From Lama guanicoe (Eukaryota), in NCBI GenBank assembly GCA_013239625.1, contig MU054098.1:2295104-2359103 (forward strand): 64,000 bases of DNA, in the 5' to 3' direction. A model generated the notes under the pieces. It was not told the origin of the DNA, searched no databases, and was given only the letters and a program-made list of their open reading frames with translations. Position 1 is the first letter of the stretch; each line of letters begins with the position of its first letter. Shown here piece after piece: positions 1 through 11,430 of this stretch. Position numbers and translations under genes: made by a program.

Positions 1-34
1 GATGAGGACAGTATAGTTCAGCACACTGACTCAT

Positions 35-145
35 TAAGCTTGCGAATCACTTATGCCATTTGAGCCTCAGTTTTCTCATCTATCATATGGGGCCAATATA
101 AATGGTACTACCTGCCTCACAAGGTTAGCATGACAGCAAATGAGT
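35..145 (+). mobile_element. MIR SINE fragment (core)
   Basis: gagcctcagttttctcatctatcatatgggg...tacctgcctcacaagg resembles the MIR core consensus (gcctcagtttcctcatctgtaaaatgggg). Confidence 0.8.
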
Positions 146-644
146 CCCACCTGTGAGTGAGTGGTGACATGGAAGAGAAGCCAGTAAGAGAATTATACGG
201 GCAGATGCCGAGCAGTTCTTGCTGAGAGAGGAAAAAAAAAAAGATGGAAGAGCAACAGGAAGAATATCAGGGCAAGATTAAGAAAACTTAGCAGTACTCA
301 AAGTTTGAATTAACCAAATGAGGGCACAGTGAGGGTCACATGTGAACGTAAACTCTGAGGACAACTAGAAGAAGGTGTTTTGGAATAGATGAGTTGAATG
401 AAGGAATGGAGAAAAATGAAAGACATTTAAAAAAAAATTCTGAGGAATCGTATCATGTACCTCCTGTAGCACCTGTACAAAAGTCCAAAAACACTGAGAA
501 GGGATCATCTGCAGTGAGGCAACCCTCTAAAGAAAATTTGCTGTGAAGTTACTTCCTTAGATAGGAAAGCAACATCCAACCAGGCAGACTGGGGATCCTG
601 GTTATTGACATAGTATTTCTGTAATATGGACTAATAGACACGGG

Positions 645-865
645 TGCAAGCATGGGTTTTGGTGTTTCTAAGTTCTTAATGTGAGCCTTTCTCCACCACT
701 TACTGACTGGTTGACCTGGGACAAGTGCACCTCTCTGAACTTGAGCGACTTCCACTATCAAGTAGACACAACGCCTGCCCACAGGATTGCAAAAATTAAA
801 TGAGATATGGCATGCAAATGCTGAAAGCAGAGATCCAAACAGAAAATGATTAATAAATGTTAGCT
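645..865 (+). mobile_element. MIR SINE
   Basis: gacctgggacaagtgcacctctctgaac...caggattgcaaaaattaaatgagat...aataaatgttagc. Confidence 0.75.
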
Positions 866-1469
866 CCTGTCAGCTATTTGCTATTATCTCCTTAGTCAAT
901 GACAGAAACAGGATCTGGAGATTTTAACCAGAGGAATTAGGATGGAAAGATCTGGAGCATGGGGAACTATTGAGAATGGCAGGTTGATGGGCTGAGTGCC
1001 AGCACGAAAGGACCTGGGATCCCAGAGGTGACACACACACACAAGGTTTATACCAGGTGCCGAGCAGAGAGGGACAGCGGCCCTGAAAGGAGGATAGGAA
1101 GTGCCAAGGACAAGCTCCTCATCTTTCAGGGGTCAGCTCTTGGCCATTCACGTTGTGCAGACAGCACTGGGACAAGCTTCGTGATGTGGCCACTGCAGAA
1201 GCCCTTCCACTTTGCTCCCACCAGCCTCCCAGAGAATAGTTTTCAATAGAGATGGCAGAGAGTGCTAAATGCTGTGGGGGAAGGAGACCCTGGTCTCCAC
1301 TGCATCCAATTTTTCTTCATAAGGCCAGCATATGACAGAGAGTGTTTACGAAGCCCTGGGCTCACTCAGCCGAGGCAAGGGGTTCCATTTCCCTTCTTCT
1401 ATCCCTCCCCTCTCCATAACTGATTACTTTCCAGGGTACCTAATTTTTTCAGTTAAAATAAAAGCATGC

Positions 1470-1705
1470 CTGTTAAGAGCTCTGGAATCAGCCTGACTAG
1501 GTTGGGAAGTTGACTCCTCCACTCACCTGTGTGGCCTTGGCAGCTCATGGAATCTTTCCACAGCTTGGTTTTCTTTCTTGTAAAATGGGGATAATTAGAA
1601 TTGACCTGACTTACAGGATTGTTGTGAGGCTTAAGTGAGGTAATACAGGTTAAGTTCTTCTCCTAGAGCCCTGGTGATGTCTAAATTCTCAATAAATAAT
1701 TGCTA
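1470..1705 (+). mobile_element. MIR SINE
   Basis: aagagctctggaatcag...tgtaaaatggggataat...aggattgttgtgaggcttaagtgag. Confidence 0.85.
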
Positions 1706-2834
1706 TGGCTATTTGATTGTCACATGCTGTTCTCTGTGATCATGGTATCTCCTGTACCAGGTAAGGATTGCACGTTGTTCTCTTGACTAGCACACCATAG
1801 CTTACTCCCAGAATGTAAATGGCATCTGAACGAATGTGCTTCAAAATCAAATACTGATTGTGCAGAGCAATGCTGGAGTTTGAAGGGGGGAGGTATGGAG
1901 ATGGACACACAAATGCCCACTCACAATCGGCTCTCACTTACAAATCCGTCAGTCTCCCCTCTCCCAAGTGATGTTTGGCAAGGGGCTTTTGAAAAGCAAC
2001 AATAAGTTCTGAGGGGAAGCATCTCCTCTGCATTTCCCACATCACCTCACCCCAAGCCACCACCAAGGGGCAGCAATCCCATCAGACCAATCACAGAATT
2101 TCAGACCAAGAAGGGAAAGGCCACTTCAAGTCATCTAATAAAATCTTCTCTGAGGCCCAGAGAGGCCAAGTGGCTTGCTCAAGGTCCCACAGTAAGTCTG
2201 TGGCTGAGCTGGCAGTAGAAAGCAAACCTCCTAACTCTTGTGCAGCTTCCCAAGGGAGGCAGCACGTGACAGAATCTGAAAATTGCACAATGTCCCTCTG
2301 AGAGTACAGCACTGGCTGTACAATGGCATATATTATACAGGGAATAACAATTGTGTTTCTTCTTTCCCTGCTGAGCTGTGTTTGGCAAGTTGTTGGTACT
2401 GAAAAAGGTGTAGCTGTAATTCACTAGGATTACTCCCCATCCCCTCCATGAACATGCCATGTGTTTAGCCATTTGCTCGTATGTGGATTACTTATGTTAC
2501 CAAGAATCTGCATATTCACCCAGCCCAGCTCCATGAGCTACTGACAGCTCCTGAGGGGCAGGGACAGAGGGTATTTTTTTTTCACCTTTTGACAGCCCTC
2601 AGCATTGTTTCAATGCAAAGGGGATTATTGAAATGCTTTTGGTGATGGTCAAATCTCTTAAGAAGGTGTCAATAAGTGTGGACGGGAAGAGAGGAGAGCT
2701 AGGGAAGGAGAGATGGAGGAGTGGGGTGGGAGGAGAGAAGCATAAGGAAAGAGGGGGCAGGAGGGAGTAGAAGGAGAATGGGCGGGTCAGGAAGTTGATT
2801 AACATTTATGATACCTCATTCTACACCAATTTAC

Positions 2835-3095
2835 GAGAGTGTTTCTCAAAATGCACGTTGTAGAATACTGTTCAGTGGGCTGCCACACAGAAAAGATTTC
2901 TGTGAGCCAAGAAAAAAAGTGTGGGAAAATTCTGGTATGCAAAGTCATCAGGTTTCTTTACTGCAGGACTACTTGGAGCCTTTTACATGTTGAGCACATC
3001 CCCAGGAGATACTGCATACAGTGTTTCCCCGAAACTTCTTTGATGAGAGAACATGCTCTTGGTCCTTTCACCAGGAACAGGTCCTTTTAGAATAT
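2835..3095. mobile_element. hAT-Charlie MITE, MER103-like
   Basis: caggtttctttactgcaggactacttggagcctttt and cagtgtttccccgaaacttctttga resemble the recalled MER103C consensus; related copy at 27.2-27.4 kb. Confidence 0.6.
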
Positions 3096-3209
3096 TTTTA
3101 ATTGGTGAGAAAACTAACATTCTGTTCTACATCTGCCCATTCAGGTGCTTATCAATACCTGCCAAAATAACCACGTGCCTTTGCAATACCCTATGGGACA
3201 ACATGCTTA

Positions 3210-3210
<1 letters not shown>

Positions 3211-3246
<36 letters not shown>
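3211..3246. repeat. (AC)18 microsatellite
   Basis: perfect AC run read directly. Confidence 0.98.
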
Positions 3247-3248
<2 letters not shown>

Positions 3249-3641
3249 AGAAGGCAGCAGCTGGTGCCTTGGAGAAGGTCATCTGGGCCACCTTTCCATG
3301 TGAAGTATCCTTCCTCACTGCCAACACTCTTGGCTCTGGGGATCTCTGTCTTCCTGGCATGGCCCCAGAGCCACAAAAAGATGTGACTGGAGTCATGCAC
3401 TGTATCCTTAGGCAGCTTTCCTTGGACATCAGCCACAACAAGGTCAACAAGTTCCAGGTCCTTTACTTTGAGGACTAGACCCTACCCCTAACCACACGAC
3501 CATACTCAAATAAAGAGAAAGATGGCAACATCAGCTTCCTTAAAGACTGTAAATGTAGTAGCTGATGGAAGTTAGTAGGTAGCAATTATTCGCAAGCACT
3601 AGATAGTGTGTGGGAGTAATATTGTGGTAGTGGTTATAGTA

Positions 3642-4000
3642 CAGGCACCCCCTGCATACTAAAATACAAAACATCACTAAAAACATGTTATATAATGAAT
3701 TAACATAAAATGGAATCCTATATTACATTATTTTAAATGGGAAAACATATTCCCAGTTCATCCAAAAACCCTAACCAATTTTCTTAAATATTACTAAAAT
3801 ACTCTTAAACAATGATATACATGAATCCATGAAGTGTTTATTAACAACATATAGAATATAAAATGTCAATACCTAATTCTTAACACTTAAGGAACTCATC
3901 AACAGGTATTTTTATGTTTGGTATACAATAATTTACAGTCTCAGAAACAAATGGTATTTCCTTTCTAAACTGCAGAGAACATGTACTGTAATACAAATAA
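3642..4000. mobile_element. possible TcMar-Tigger remnant
   Basis: starts TA|CAGGCACCCCC and has an AT-rich body with cattattttaaatgggaaaa; no matching right TIR found. Confidence 0.3.
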
Positions 4001-4399
4001 ACAAAGAAATAACAAATTAGAGACCAAGATGTGGTCCACACAGACTTTGGTTAATAGTCCCCCCGGGCACTTGAAATAAGCAAATACTGGGACTCATTAA
4101 GGGCTAACCTCTTAGGAGAAGGGTTGAAGAGACAAGAGTGACCATGTACAATGGTTTTAATCAGTTGGAACTCAAGATGCTGTCCTATCCAGAGAGGGGT
4201 ACGTTCTATGTCCTCTGGATGGAACTCTCATGCAACTCACATGTTTTCACCTGAGGGTTTGCAATTTGAATAGTGAGTCTTGCATAAACATTTTTTTAAA
4301 TTGTTATAATGAATATCTAGATAGTGGGACTTCAGATAGTGAGGGATATCTGTATAGCAGTACTGGCAGTAGTAGTGGTAGTTCTCATTTACTGAAAAC

Positions 4400-4510
4400 T
4401 TTCCTTAGGGCAAGGTCCTGGTTTGTCTCATTCACCAATATATTCCCAGTGCCTAAGCACAAAGCTCAGCACACTGTAAGTGCTCAACAAACATTTGTTC
4501 AATGAATGAA
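4400..4510 (+). mobile_element. L2 LINE 3' end
   Basis: cccagtgcctaagcacaaagctcagcacactgtaagtgctcaacaaacatttgttcaatgaatgaa is a typical L2 tail. Confidence 0.85.
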
Positions 4511-4745
4511 CTGAGCACATACTGAGTACAAGGCACTAAGCAATTTACCTGTGTTACCTCACTGAATCCTAAACATTAACAACCCTATGGGGAAGTATCA
4601 TTATTTCCATTTTTCAGATGAGGAAGCTGAAGTCTAGAATTAAAGAGGAACTTGGCCAACATTACACACTGCATGAGTCAGAGCCAGGAATTTAAACCAC
4701 TGTCTCCCTGAGTCCAAAACCAATGTTTTTAACTACTATCCTATA
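4511..4745 (-). mobile_element. MIR SINE
   Basis: ccatttttcagatgaggaagctgaag...gagccaggaatttaaacc...gagtccaaaacc. Confidence 0.85.
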
Positions 4746-4949
4746 TGCAGTTCTCCTCTCTCACTTAGAAATTCAGACACCTGTCTGGCTTCTATAGACT
4801 ATAGAATTTTCTGACACCTCGTGTCAAAGACCTTGAAAAAACTGTCTGCTTCTAAGAATTATGAATCTCCTGCACATGATTGCATTATTACTGTTAAGTC
4901 AAGTCTTTCAATACTATGACATATTTTATTTTCTTTATTAGCATTAATA

Positions 4950-5195
4950 ATAATTATAGCTAACATGTTTAGGTCTCTACTATGTGTCAATCAGACATTG
5001 TGCTATGAAGGATTATATAGATTATTTCAGTTAACCTTCATAGTAACCTGATGAGGTAGGTACTGTTATAATTCCCATTTAAAAGACAAGGAAACGAAGG
5101 TTTCAAATAGTTAACTTTGATAGGCAAATATCCAGTAAAGGATGGAACTGAAATTTGAACTTACATGGATCAAATTACAAAGCAAATGATCTCAT
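4950..5195 (-). mobile_element. MIR SINE
   Basis: aacctgatgaggtaggtactgttataattcccatttaaaagacaaggaaac. Confidence 0.8.
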
Positions 5196-5571
5196 CATTC
5201 ACCACCTCTCTTTGGTGACCAGTTGACAAACCAGCTGATTTGATGAAACAGCAGACTTTACTGCTGCTGCCTTATCAACCATTGCCAGGGCCTGAAGGAA
5301 TCCCACACTCCTCCTCCTGGCCTTTGTAAATCCTAGTGTTCTGTACTGTTCTTCCAATTTCCACTTCCTCTGTGAAGCTTTCCCTGACTATTGTTTTACT
5401 CCTTGGAGAGTGTTCCTTCTGCTTGGTCCTCCTCAGCACTCCAGATGTGAGCCTCAAAGAGTTGTCAGTTCCTACTTCCTGCAGTGGTCTCTGGCTTCTC
5501 TGGTGTAGCTGCCTTCCCTGCTGTCACTGGTTAGACTGGGGACTCACAAAGTGCAAGGTCCAGGTTTGTGG

Positions 5572-6146
5572 TGAAGGGGTGCAGAATGTGCCACCTGAAA
5601 ATGTGCCTTTTTGGCATAAGGATCATCTTGACCTGATTATTTCTAGGAAACAGCAGACACAGGAGAAGATTTAAAAACTGAAGTTAGCCTTGAAATAGAA
5701 GTTACCCTTTTGTAAGGGCTATTTCCATTTACAAAGGAAATCTCCGTTTTTAAAAGTGTCTCCCTCTCTGTACTAGGAAGAGGAGGATGACCAAATCTCT
5801 AGGAACTCTGATCAATGGAGAAGGCAATGACAGCTGGAGATGCTATTGAAGGAAGTGGCTTGGGCCATTTTGGAGAGTTACTCAGTTTTCCTAGGTCTCT
5901 CCCATATATACCATATATACAGGAGGTATACATGTTATGAAACATGTTTGTTTTTCTCTTGTCTTCTATCACAGCAGGGATCTCAGCCATGAACCTAGAA
6001 GGTTCTTGAGGGCGCTGCCTGACTGGATCCTCAGTGTGGGGAGTAGGCTGTTGATGACTGTGTGCAGCTATGCACCTGTGTCCCACCTCCATTCTCAGTA
6101 CATCTTCCCACAAGGGTAGAGGGAAAATTCTTTTTCCTCCCCTACA
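5572..6146 (+). mobile_element. ERV1 solo LTR, MER34-like, interrupted near its 3' end
   Basis: starts tgaaggggtgcagaatgtgccacctgaaaatgtgcctttttggcataagg and ends ttttcctcccctaca (TG...CA termini); a foreign ~109 bp block lies at 6003-6111. Confidence 0.75.
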
Positions 6147-6249
6147 GCTGGTTCTGGCCACCCATTTTCCCACCATAAGTGGAGTGCCATAAGCATGGTA
6201 GGGACAGGGGAGTGTGGCTGCAGCACCACAGGATGTGTGTGAATTTGCT

Positions 6250-6680
6250 TTAAAAAAATTAACTTTTATTGTATTGTTTTTCTTATCACTAAAGCAATAC
6301 ACATTTATTTTTGAGAATTTAGAAAATATACAGAAGCAAAATGGACAAAAATACTTAAAAGTCTATCATCCAATTGCCTAACAAGAATCTTTGTTAACAG
6401 TTTAACAGTTAAGTGCACATCCTTTCACACCCATTTTATGCATGCCTGCTCCTATTTTTAACCCATCAGGACTTGACTATTCAAACTAATTCGTAACCTG
6501 TTTTTCCTGTAAAAAGACGTAAGGAACACTTTGCTAGAGCATTGAATGTGCTTTTACATTATTTTTAAAAGACTATACCACAATAAATATAGCATACATT
6601 ACTCAATTTAATGAATTCCTTAATGTTGAACATTGAGATTGTTTCAAATTCTTTGCTATTCAGATAAACTGGAAGCAAAA
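6250..6680 (-). mobile_element. old L1 (L1ME-type) 3' fragment
   Basis: aaagcaatacacatttatttttgagaatttagaaaatatacagaag; gttgaacattgagattgtttcaaattctttgctatt. Confidence 0.6.
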
Positions 6681-6699
6681 TAAATATTATCACAAGAGG

Positions 6700-7900
6700 A
6701 GTAATTAAATAAAGTATGGTACAACTATTCAATGGAATACTACACAGCTGTTTTAAAGCTTGATGTAGAATTCTAAGTGATGATATAGAAGGATTACTAA
6801 GATATGTTATTAAGTAAAAAGATAAAAGTGCAAAATTACATGTGTAAAATGGTCGGTATATATTACAGATAGATGGATTTATGTGCAAAGGTTTTTTTCT
6901 GGAAAGATATACAGATACAAAAAATACAAAACTTGCTCAACATCACTAATCATCAGAGAAATGCAAATCAAAACCACAATGTGATATATCTCGTACCTGT
7001 CAGAATGGCTATTATCAAAAAGACCACAAATAACAAATGTTGGTGTGGGTGTGGAGAAAAGGGAACCCTCATACACTGTTGGTGGGAATGTAAATAGGTG
7101 CAGTCATTATGGAAAACATTATGGAGGTACCTCAAAAAACTAAAAATAGATCTACCATATGATCCAGCAATTCCAATACTAGGTATACATTCAAAGAAAA
7201 TGATACTGCTAATTTGAGAAAAATACATGTACCCCAACGTTCATAGCAGCATTGTTTACAATGGTTTAGATGTGGAAGCAACCTAAGTGCCTATCAACAG
7301 ATGAATGGAATAAGAAGAATATATATAACTGAATATTACTCAGCCATAAAAAAGAATGAAATTGTGCCATTTGCAAAAACATGGATGGACATGCTTAGTG
7401 AAAGGAATCAGACAGAGAAAGACAAACAGTATATGTCATCACTTCTATGTGGAATTTGAAAAATAAAACAACGAATGTATGTAGCAAAACAGAAACAGAC
7501 TCACAGATGTAGAGAACTAGTGGTTACCAGTGGGGAGAGAGTAGTGGGGAGGGGCAAGATAGGGGTAGGAGATTAAGAGGTACAAACTACTGTGTATAAA
7601 ATAGATAAGCCACAAGGATATATTGTGCAGCACAGGAAATATAGTGAATATTTGATAAGTTTATGTATAATATATATATGTAATATGATAAGTTTAAGTG
7701 GAGTATAACCTATAAAAATTTTCAATCACTATATTGTATACCTGAAACTAATATAATATTGTAAATCAACTGTACCTCAGTACAAAAAATACACAACTGT
7801 CAGCAATGGTTTTACCTGGGGAGGTGTGGAATTAGAAATGGGCAAGAGGAGGTTCTCTTTATTCTATACCCTTCAGAAGGACTGAATATTTTATCTTGGG
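6700..7900 (+). mobile_element. old L1ME-type 3' UTR, split by a younger L1
   Basis: aataaagtatggtacaactattcaatggaatactacacagc...ggaaagatatac, resuming at 7799 (gtcagcaatggttttacctggggagg). Confidence 0.6.
6934..7780 (+). mobile_element. 5'-truncated L1 (L1MA-type): ORF2 C-terminus remnant plus 3' UTR
   Basis: translates to [33 protein letters not shown] (L1 ORF2 cysteine-rich domain); flanked by an 18-bp TSD tacaaaaaataca[a/c]aact at 6916-6933 and 7781-7798. Confidence 0.93.
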
Positions 7901-8314
7901 ATATATATATATACATATACACACACACAGTACAATGATGAAAAACCTTGTCATCAAGTTATATATGTTTATGATAGGCAATTTTTCAGTGTGCTGGGAA
8001 AGGGAAAGGCAGGGACAAGTTATATTGGCAGTGAGTACCCAAGGAGGTTAATAGAGGATATACTGTCAGGAAGAGTCAACATGTCCCGTGGGAAGGCCGA
8101 GGAGGCCCTCTGCCCCACTGCAGAGTTGCCCAAAGCTGGCTTCCACAGAGCAATGTGCTACCGCAGACGCCAGAGCCCAAAGGGAGAGTGAGGCTTCCAG
8201 TTCTTGCCCTAAAGCAGTGCTTTGTAGGCTGTGTTCCCTGAAGCATTGAGTCTGCTGAGAGGGATGCCAAGGTTCCAGGGTCTAGCTGCCATTCTACTCA
8301 AAGCAGATTCATTA

Positions 8315-8395
8315 AAAAAAATTTCAAATTGTAATGAAATACACATGCCATAAAATTTACCCTCTTAAACATTTTAAACCACAGAGTCCAGTGGG
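8315..8395 (-). mobile_element. L1MB-type 3' terminal fragment
   Basis: tgaaatacacatgccataaaattttaccctcttaaacattttaa...cagtgg. Confidence 0.55.
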
Positions 8396-8412
8396 ATGGA
8401 GAAAGCAGATTC

Positions 8413-8750
8413 TTTGCTTTAATTGAAGGATAGTCAGTTTATAATGTTGTATTAATTCCTGCTGTACAGCATAGTGATTCATTTATACACACATATATAT
8501 TCCTTTTCATATTCTTTTTTATTATAGGCTATTACAAGATATTGAATATAGTTCCCTGTGCTATACAGTAGAAACTTGCTGTTTATCTATTTTACATATA
8601 GTAGTTATGTCTGCAAATCACTAGCTCCCAATTTATCCCTTCCCACTCCCTTTCCCCCCTGGTAACCAGTTTGTTTTCTATGTCTGTGAGTGTGTTTCTG
8701 GTTTGTAAATAAGTTCATTTGTGTCATTTTTTTTTAGATTCCCCATATAA
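8413..8750 (-). mobile_element. cetartiodactyl/camelid-type L1 3' end
   Basis: reverse complement of tatatgtaaaatagataaacagcaagtttctactgtatagcacagggaactatattcaatatcttgtaat; same family as 60481-60860. Confidence 0.9.
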
Positions 8751-8756
8751 AAAAAA

Positions 8757-9030
8757 AGAAAAGAAACTATGGTTAACAAAGGGGAAAGCAGGGGTATAAA
8801 TTAGGAGTTTGGGATTAACAGATATACACTACTATATATAAAATAGATAAACAACAAGGATTTACTGTATAGCACAGGGAACTATATTAAATATCTTGTA
8901 ATAAACCATAATGGAAAAGAATCTGAAAAAATATATATGTATGTATATGTATAACTGAAACACTTTGCTGTACACCTGAAACTAACACCGTAAATCAACT
9001 ACACTATCAATAAAAAATAAACTTAAAAAA
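8757..9030 (+). mobile_element. cetartiodactyl-type L1 3' end
   Basis: ataaattaggagtttgggattaacagatatacactactatatataaaatagataaacaacaagg...aataaaaaataaacttaaaaaa (poly-A). Confidence 0.9.
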
Positions 9031-10044
9031 AGAAAGCAGATTCACTTTTAAATTGATTCATATATTGTGGCTCCATAGTTAAAAAGACATTTGATAACTA
9101 ATGCCCTAAACATAATACTTCCTGATTTCTCCAGGGCATGGCCCAGATGAAAAATGACAATGTTTATATAGCACATCAAAGTGGATGACAAGTTTACTAG
9201 TGGCCAGAGGCAGAAACTGCCCATGGACGCTGGCTGCCTCACTATCCACCAGGTCACGTGGAAGAATCAATAGCTCAGCACAACAGTAACTGACTCAGGG
9301 CATATCAGTATGCCTCAACTTACCCATTGGAAAGCATTGTTCAAAGAACTAAGGGAACCAACCCTCAAAACTCAAGAGTTAAATTTAAAATGCCACTGTT
9401 GAATGGCCTTTGGCAAGAGCAGCCAACAAAGGGGAAAGGACACAAAGGGCCTTGGGAAGTAACTGACTCAAAAACAGCTGAGCCCCTCTTACAAGACTCA
9501 ATCAGAATAGAGTGCCATGGGCATCAGTCAATATGTTTAAGAGAGGGTTGGTTAACCCAGCAAGACAGTTTAAATAAAGGTCACTTAAAGAGCTTCTTCT
9601 GTCACTGGTACTATGCACCTGAGAAAAAGTGAAAGCTCACCTTGCTTCTGGGATCTGACACAGAAATGGGTCCCTGAAGAAGCCCAGTTCCCCTCAAGGG
9701 TCTGCACTCAGTCACTGGGGCTACAACAACTAGACTCATCCAAATCATACAAAGTCTAGGGTCAGGAACACTAAACCAACCATTAAGCAGAGGAGCAATT
9801 GTTAAGACCCAGATCACACATCCTTCTGGCCCAATATTGGCTTAAGTTCCTGGAAAATAAAGAATATCAGGAGACCCTGTAGAAAGAAAACTCTCAAGAA
9901 TAGGAACTTAAGACCTTAAAGAAAGTTGGCCCTGTGATCAGAGATCCTGAGAAAAGGGGGCCTAATTTGTAACACTAGAGAGGTAGAGACAGGCTGAAAC
10001 TCTAAGGTTCTTCAGGCGTGTTTTAGAGGTTGTTTCTCTTTCAT

Positions 10045-10340
10045 ACTAATATTTATGAGAATTTACTATGTACTATACAGTTTACATGACTTATTTAATT
10101 TAATCCTCACAGGGAGGTTTAAATGAGTTAAGCCATGTAAAGCAGTAATGACAGTGTATAGCATACAATAGACATTCAATAAATCTGAGCTAAAAAAATG
10201 CTCTGAGGTGGATATAATATTATCCATGTTTAATGTTTGGGGCAACTCACACCCAGAGAGGTAAGATAACTTGCCTAAGGTAAAGTTAAAAGTAAATGGC
10301 AAACCTGGGTTGCAGACACTCTCATTCTAAACTATTAACA
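10045..10340. mobile_element. MIR composite: a minus MIR interrupted by a plus-strand MIR 3' end
   Basis: minus MIR at 10050-10110 and 10200-10340; plus MIR tail gaggtttaaatgagttaagccatgtaaagc...caataaat at 10114-10184. Confidence 0.8.
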
Positions 10341-11164
10341 CGATGTTATCCCATCTACCTAACCAGCCACCAACCAACATGTTTCTAAATACCTACTCAG
10401 CCTCATGTACTTTAGAGTCAGACTGATTAAGGCCCAGATCTGGTCCTAAAGGAATCCTAAGTCTAATCTAGCAGTTCTCATCTAGGTCTCAGTTATAAGA
10501 AGAGACAGAGTTACAGCTAGAACTGCCCTGACATGAGTGGCCCGGAGCCCACAGCCTGTCTTTTCTATATTGTCCAAGTGGAGTAGGCTCGTAAGAAATC
10601 TAGGGTAAATGAATGTATGTATCACATTAACAAAAAGCTGGTATACACTATTTGGTAGGGAGAAAGACCTAGAAACCAGTGACTTCAATATGGCCTCTGT
10701 ACCATGCTGTGGGCACACACAGGAGGGAGCCATTAATTCCACTTGGGGCTGAGAAAAGACAGAAAATGGGGATAGGTAGCTTTGAGAGCATTATCTAGTC
10801 TTCTAGAATCTTATGGTAGGTGAGACAGAGCTCACTGGAACACAGGAAAAGGCAGTCAGTTGTGGCAAAGGGGCAGAGATGGAAACAGTCTTTCCATTTC
10901 TCCTAACTCTTATCTTTTGGACCTAAGAGTAACTTATGGAGAAAAAAGGCCAAGAAAGAGAAGGCAAAGAAGAGGGATTCTCAAGAGAGGGAGACCCAGA
11001 AGGAAGGGAAAACAAGAGACTGGGGCAGGATACTCTGAAGTCATACTGAGCATGGGAGCCTGTTACAGGAGGAGGTCACCGTATCTCTGAGTTTGGGGGA
11101 GGAAGTGAAGTACAGAGTGTAGTACAGCTAAGGGGACTTATTTGATTCTGCCATCACTCTTAAG

Positions 11165-11430
11165 ATGCACCCAAGAATTCTAGAAGAGGACCAAAGTTTG
11201 GGCTGATTCTTAAAATACCAATAGGAATTAGCCAAGTAAAAGGGGAAAGAGGGCAGTAGCATGAATAGCCTAAGGCACTAAGGCAATTCAGAGAATAATA
11301 AGGTTGGTAAACCTTACTATTAAGGAAGGTCCTTTGGTGTAGCCAGAGTTTTAGGATACATGGGGAAGTGATGAAAGAAGAAGCTGGATAGACAGGAAGG
11401 CCCAAGGGCAAGTGATAAAGGTTCCAGTGT
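11165..11430 (-). mobile_element. L2 fragment
   Basis: aggaattagccaagtaaaaggggaaagagggcagtagcatgaatagcctaaggc...gatgaaagaagaagctggatagacagg. Confidence 0.55.

Noticed and set aside
2684..2790. Purine-rich G-tract (also 62778-62800) as G-quadruplex/triplex
   Set aside because: Irregular low-complexity sequence common in mammalian DNA; no supporting context
3053..3478. 141-aa and overlapping ORFs with HTHTHT/VCVCVC
   Set aside because: Kept open by the (AC)18 microsatellite; no protein-like content
5799..6302. 167-aa minus ORF, the longest in the track
   Set aside because: Runs antisense through an LTR, its insert and an L1 edge; no recognisable domain
6873..7097. Cys-rich ORF resembling a zinc-binding protein
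   Set aside because: Frameshifted L1 ORF2 C-terminal remnant, not a host gene
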